DNA of 64,000 bases from Candidatus Poribacteria bacterium (GTDB lineage: Bacteria > Poribacteria > WGA-4E > UBA9662), in assembly GCA_046582655.1 (NCBI GenBank), contig JAYGDX010000336.1:1-64000 (forward strand), in the 5' to 3' direction. Positions 60,957-64,000 of this stretch are shown here, piece by piece. The notes beneath the pieces are model-generated. The model worked only from the letters and a program-made list of their open reading frames with translations. It ran no database searches and was not told where the DNA came from. How positions within the stretch are numbered: the stretch's first letter is position 1; each line of letters opens with the position of its first letter. Position numbers and translations under genes: made by a program.

Positions 60957-62420
60957 TCAATCAATCCTTGCCATAATATCCTTCAAGTTCCCTTTGTAAC
61001 CGATCTCATCGAGAAACTTCAGGTGCGGGGCGAACTCGCCGACTTCGTAGAGATTGTGCGCATCGCTTCCAAAGGTAATCTTCACACCAGCTTCAACGCA
61101 CATCCTGACGAACTCCGGCTGTGGGCGGTTGTAGTGGAAGTTCATCTCCGCAGCAACATTGTTCTCCTTCAACATCCTGATGACCGGCACAAACAGCCTC
61201 GTTGGCACTTCGTGGTTTCGGAAGATACGGAAGGGGTGGGCGAGAATCCGGATGCCGGTTTGGACGAAGCACTCCAGAATCCGCAGATATTCATCGGATG
61301 CCCGCTTCAGGTCAACTTTTTCTTTCCTCAACTCGGGCAACTGGTGAATGGCGCCGTTGAGGAGCTGTGCTCGCTGTTGGTCTTTATCCTGAAGAATCAT
61401 GTTGCCCTGAAAATCCGAATCGACTTCAAAACCGATGATCAGATTGTCGCGTTGCGCCTCCTCCACGTTCGACCAGAAATCGGGCATCCGGTCTTGGAGG
61501 CCTTTCGTTCCTTTGATTCCTTCCTTGCACAATTCGCCGCTCCAGTAGGTCTGGCGGTCGAAGTAGAGCTGACCCGAATGCTCGGTGAAGGCGATGCCGC
61601 GAAGACCGAACTTCTCAGCGAGCTCCGGTGATTTTACCATGTCCATGTTTTCACTGCAGTAGGCGAACTGCGTGTGCGAGTGGTAATCGAACAGTTCCAG
61701 CTCAGGCGGCATCCGGTGCTCGTGCTGTGTGACTTGGATATCTTTGCTGTCGAGATTAATCTCCATGAAACTGAAAGGTGACTCACAGAGCGATTTGCCG
61801 ACAACGAAGGAATGGCTGCCGACACGAATCAGTTCCGTTCCAGCATGATAGTGGCCTCCTATGCTCAAAGTGAAGTTGTTTGCCCAAGTGGCTTCGAGCA
61901 CTTCGTCGATGTTTGTGTAGTTGTAGCAGCAGTTGCTTTTGTTTGGAGGAAAGAGAGGAACGTGTTGGAAGGCGACGATAGGGCCGTCGTGGTTGGAACG
62001 TACCTTTTTCATCTTTTCCATATTTTCGGGTAGCCGCTTGGCATTCCAACCCAGTTCCTCTGGATCGATGAACGGAACGAAACGGACCCCGTTGATATCC
62101 ATAAATACTGGGGGCCGGTTAATGACTTCGTAAAACCGCTCCTCAACTGGATCGTGGTTTCCTGGAATCGCCATCCAAGGAGATTCCAGAAGATTGAGAA
62201 TCTCCTGCATTTTCGCGAGACGCTCCCCAGGTTTTCCGCTATCTGGGTCATCGAGAATGTCACCCAGTATTAGTGTGATGTCTGGCTTAATCATGCGGTT
62301 CAGCCGGTGCACGGTTCGCAGCAGGAGGATGTCGCCGATCTGTCCCTGCCGAGCACTGATAGGAATTTTATCCCCGTAATGGATGTCCGTGATAACCCCG
62401 ATCTTGACTTTTTCGCTCAA
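60957..62420 (-). CDS. Calcineurin-like metallophosphoesterase fused to a PHP domain
   Basis: N-half: TDIHYG, LGD, PGNHD, QHVP, GGHYH. C-half: DYHSHT, FTEHS, AHPF, FGSDAH. Confidence 0.85.
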   Translation of the reverse strand: MSEKVKIGVITDIHYGDKIPISARQGQIGDILLLRTVHRLNRMIKPDITLILGDILDDPDSGKPGERLAKMQEILNLLESPWMAIPGNHDPVEERFYEVINRPPVFMDINGVRFVPFIDPEELGWNAKRLPENMEKMKKVRSNHDGPIVAFQHVPLFPPNKSNCCYNYTNIDEVLEATWANNFTLSIGGHYHAGTELIRVGSHSFVVGKSLCESPFSFMEINLDSKDIQVTQHEHRMPPELELFDYHSHTQFAYCSENMDMVKSPELAEKFGLRGIAFTEHSGQLYFDRQTYWSGELCKEGIKGTKGLQDRMPDFWSNVEEAQRDNLIIGFEVDSDFQGNMILQDKDQQRAQLLNGAIHQLPELRKEKVDLKRASDEYLRILECFVQTGIRILAHPFRIFRNHEVPTRLFVPVIRMLKENNVAAEMNFHYNRPQPEFVRMCVEAGVKITFGSDAHNLYEVGEFAPHLKFLDEIGYKGNLKDIMARID

Positions 62421-62921
62421 TTCTTATTTCCTTATATAATGGATGTAGTTGACATCATTGTCTGTGTCTTTATTATTATCCAAAGCATTATCATAGATCA
62501 TTTTCAATTGTTTCCTCGCCACTGATGTATACACCGATTTTGATTGCCTTTGTATCCTCCTAAACTAAATTTCAACTACCAATGGCTAGACGACCCTCAA
62601 CTTACCAAGCATTTTATCACCACCAGAGTTAAAAAAGGAACATCATTATCTTCAACATAAGATTTTAAATCAGCTAACTAGAACTTGGCTGAGACTGGTA
62701 GAAGATCGTAATATTGTCTCATCAAATTACCAAAGTGTTTTAAATACATTATGATATAATCTGCTAATAACCTGAATTTTCGCCTGTCACTTTTACTTTT
62801 CTTAGGCAAATATCTGGGATTTAGCGATTCATGCTCCAAATTCTAGCTAATACGGTGTTCAACCATGTCTGCAGGCTGTCTTTTCGGAAAGAGCGTGTTA
62901 TCACCGCAACACTCAGGATAA

Positions 62922-64000
62922 ATGATGAAGCAGGAAATTGAAACCCGTATTGTTGACCAAATTTTCTCCAATTCGGAAGCGTACGAAAATCTCCTTGTAC
63001 TTGCTGACGATATCGGGATACGGTTGGCGGGTACGTCCAATGAAATTAAAGCGCGAGACTTTCTGGTTGAAACGCTCTGGCGGTACGGATTGGATAATGT
63101 CCATACCCAAACGTTTCCACATCGTGCTTGGACGCCTATTGATGAAAGATTGCTGATACAACACCTATTGAGAAAGAGGTCTCATGTCGGTGCTCTGGAC
63201 TTTCACCATCCACATCTGAAGATGGTGTAGAGGGTGAAATAATCTTTCTTGAACGTGGTGATCGTCAGGATCTCGAAGCAAATAAAGAACAGGTTAAAGG
63301 ACGTTTTATTGCAGCACCGTACTACCCATTTGCCCGTCAACTGAAAACGCCACTAGCGGCTGAGTATGGGGCAGTTGGATTAATTGAAATCCGAAATTCT
63401 GCTGGGGGCTGCAACCAGCACGAACGTGCGCTTTTGCCAAAATTGGTGCCATTCCAGTAGCCTCAATCAGTAAAGAGGATGCGGAATACCTACGTCGACT
63501 CAATTCGCGAAAAGGTACGGTCAGGCTTAAGCTCATTCTCGATAGTCACATTGAGTGGAAAGATTCATGGAATGTCATCGGAGAGATTAGCGGTAATAGT
63601 AGCGGAGAAGAACATATCATCGTTGGCGGACACTATGATAGCTGGCATGTCGGGCTAGGAGCCGTAGACAATACAGCCAGAGTGGTGGCAGTTCTGGAAA
63701 CGGCACGAGGTCTAGTGCCTTATCGGCAACATCTCTCCCGAACCGTCAAGTTTGTGTTGTTCGGCGTGGAAGAATCCGGTCTCGTCGGTTCTTGGGCATA
63801 CGTTTATCAACACAGTGATGAGTTGGCAAACACTATTTTGATGATTAATAATGATGTTGGTGGGCGTCCAAGCGGAATCAGTATTTCAAGTTTTGATCAA
63901 CTTAAGCCTCCCTTGGACGAGGTTGCGGGACGAGTTCGTATCGCAGGTCAGGATTTACCTCCATTTCTTGTCTCGGTTGGCGAACCAAGCTGGGGGTCAG
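62922..64000 (+). pseudogene. M28 family aminopeptidase with PA domain, two frameshifts; runs off the right edge
   Basis: L.DDIG.RLAGT..E; frameshifts near 63160 and 63408; then SWNVIGEI, GGHYDSW, GAVDN, FGVEESGLVGS, INND. Confidence 0.82.

Overview
This is a 64 kb bacterial chromosomal segment, most likely from Candidatus Poribacteria. That is an inference from several secreted LamG/jelly-roll proteins ending in 'P..(K/R)(L/I)AT(T/L)W..(L/I)K', multiple PhyH dioxygenases, FGE-sulfatase remnants, TPR and CRTAC1 proteins and many sugar-catabolic enzymes. A small intact housekeeping block (tyrS, gmk-coaBC-rsmA-amidase) sits among accessory catabolic and secreted-protein genes, many disrupted by single stops or frameshifts or reduced to remnants (dgoD, VapBC, IS5, FGE-sulfatase, M28 peptidase). 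The most notable signals are: (1) a shared C-terminal motif on four secreted proteins of two different folds, a candidate lineage-specific sorting/anchoring signal; (2) a secreted PPC-scaffold protein with two inserted c-type heme modules and a PA14-like domain; (3) two PhyH-type Fe/2OG enzymes with halogenase-like H-x-G/A in place of H-x-D; (4) a decayed FGE-sulfatase gene whose 3' end resembles a DGR variable region, with a promoter-like 27-mer repeated nearby. I found no rRNA, tRNA or CRISPR array. All calls come from motif recognition only; no searches were run.
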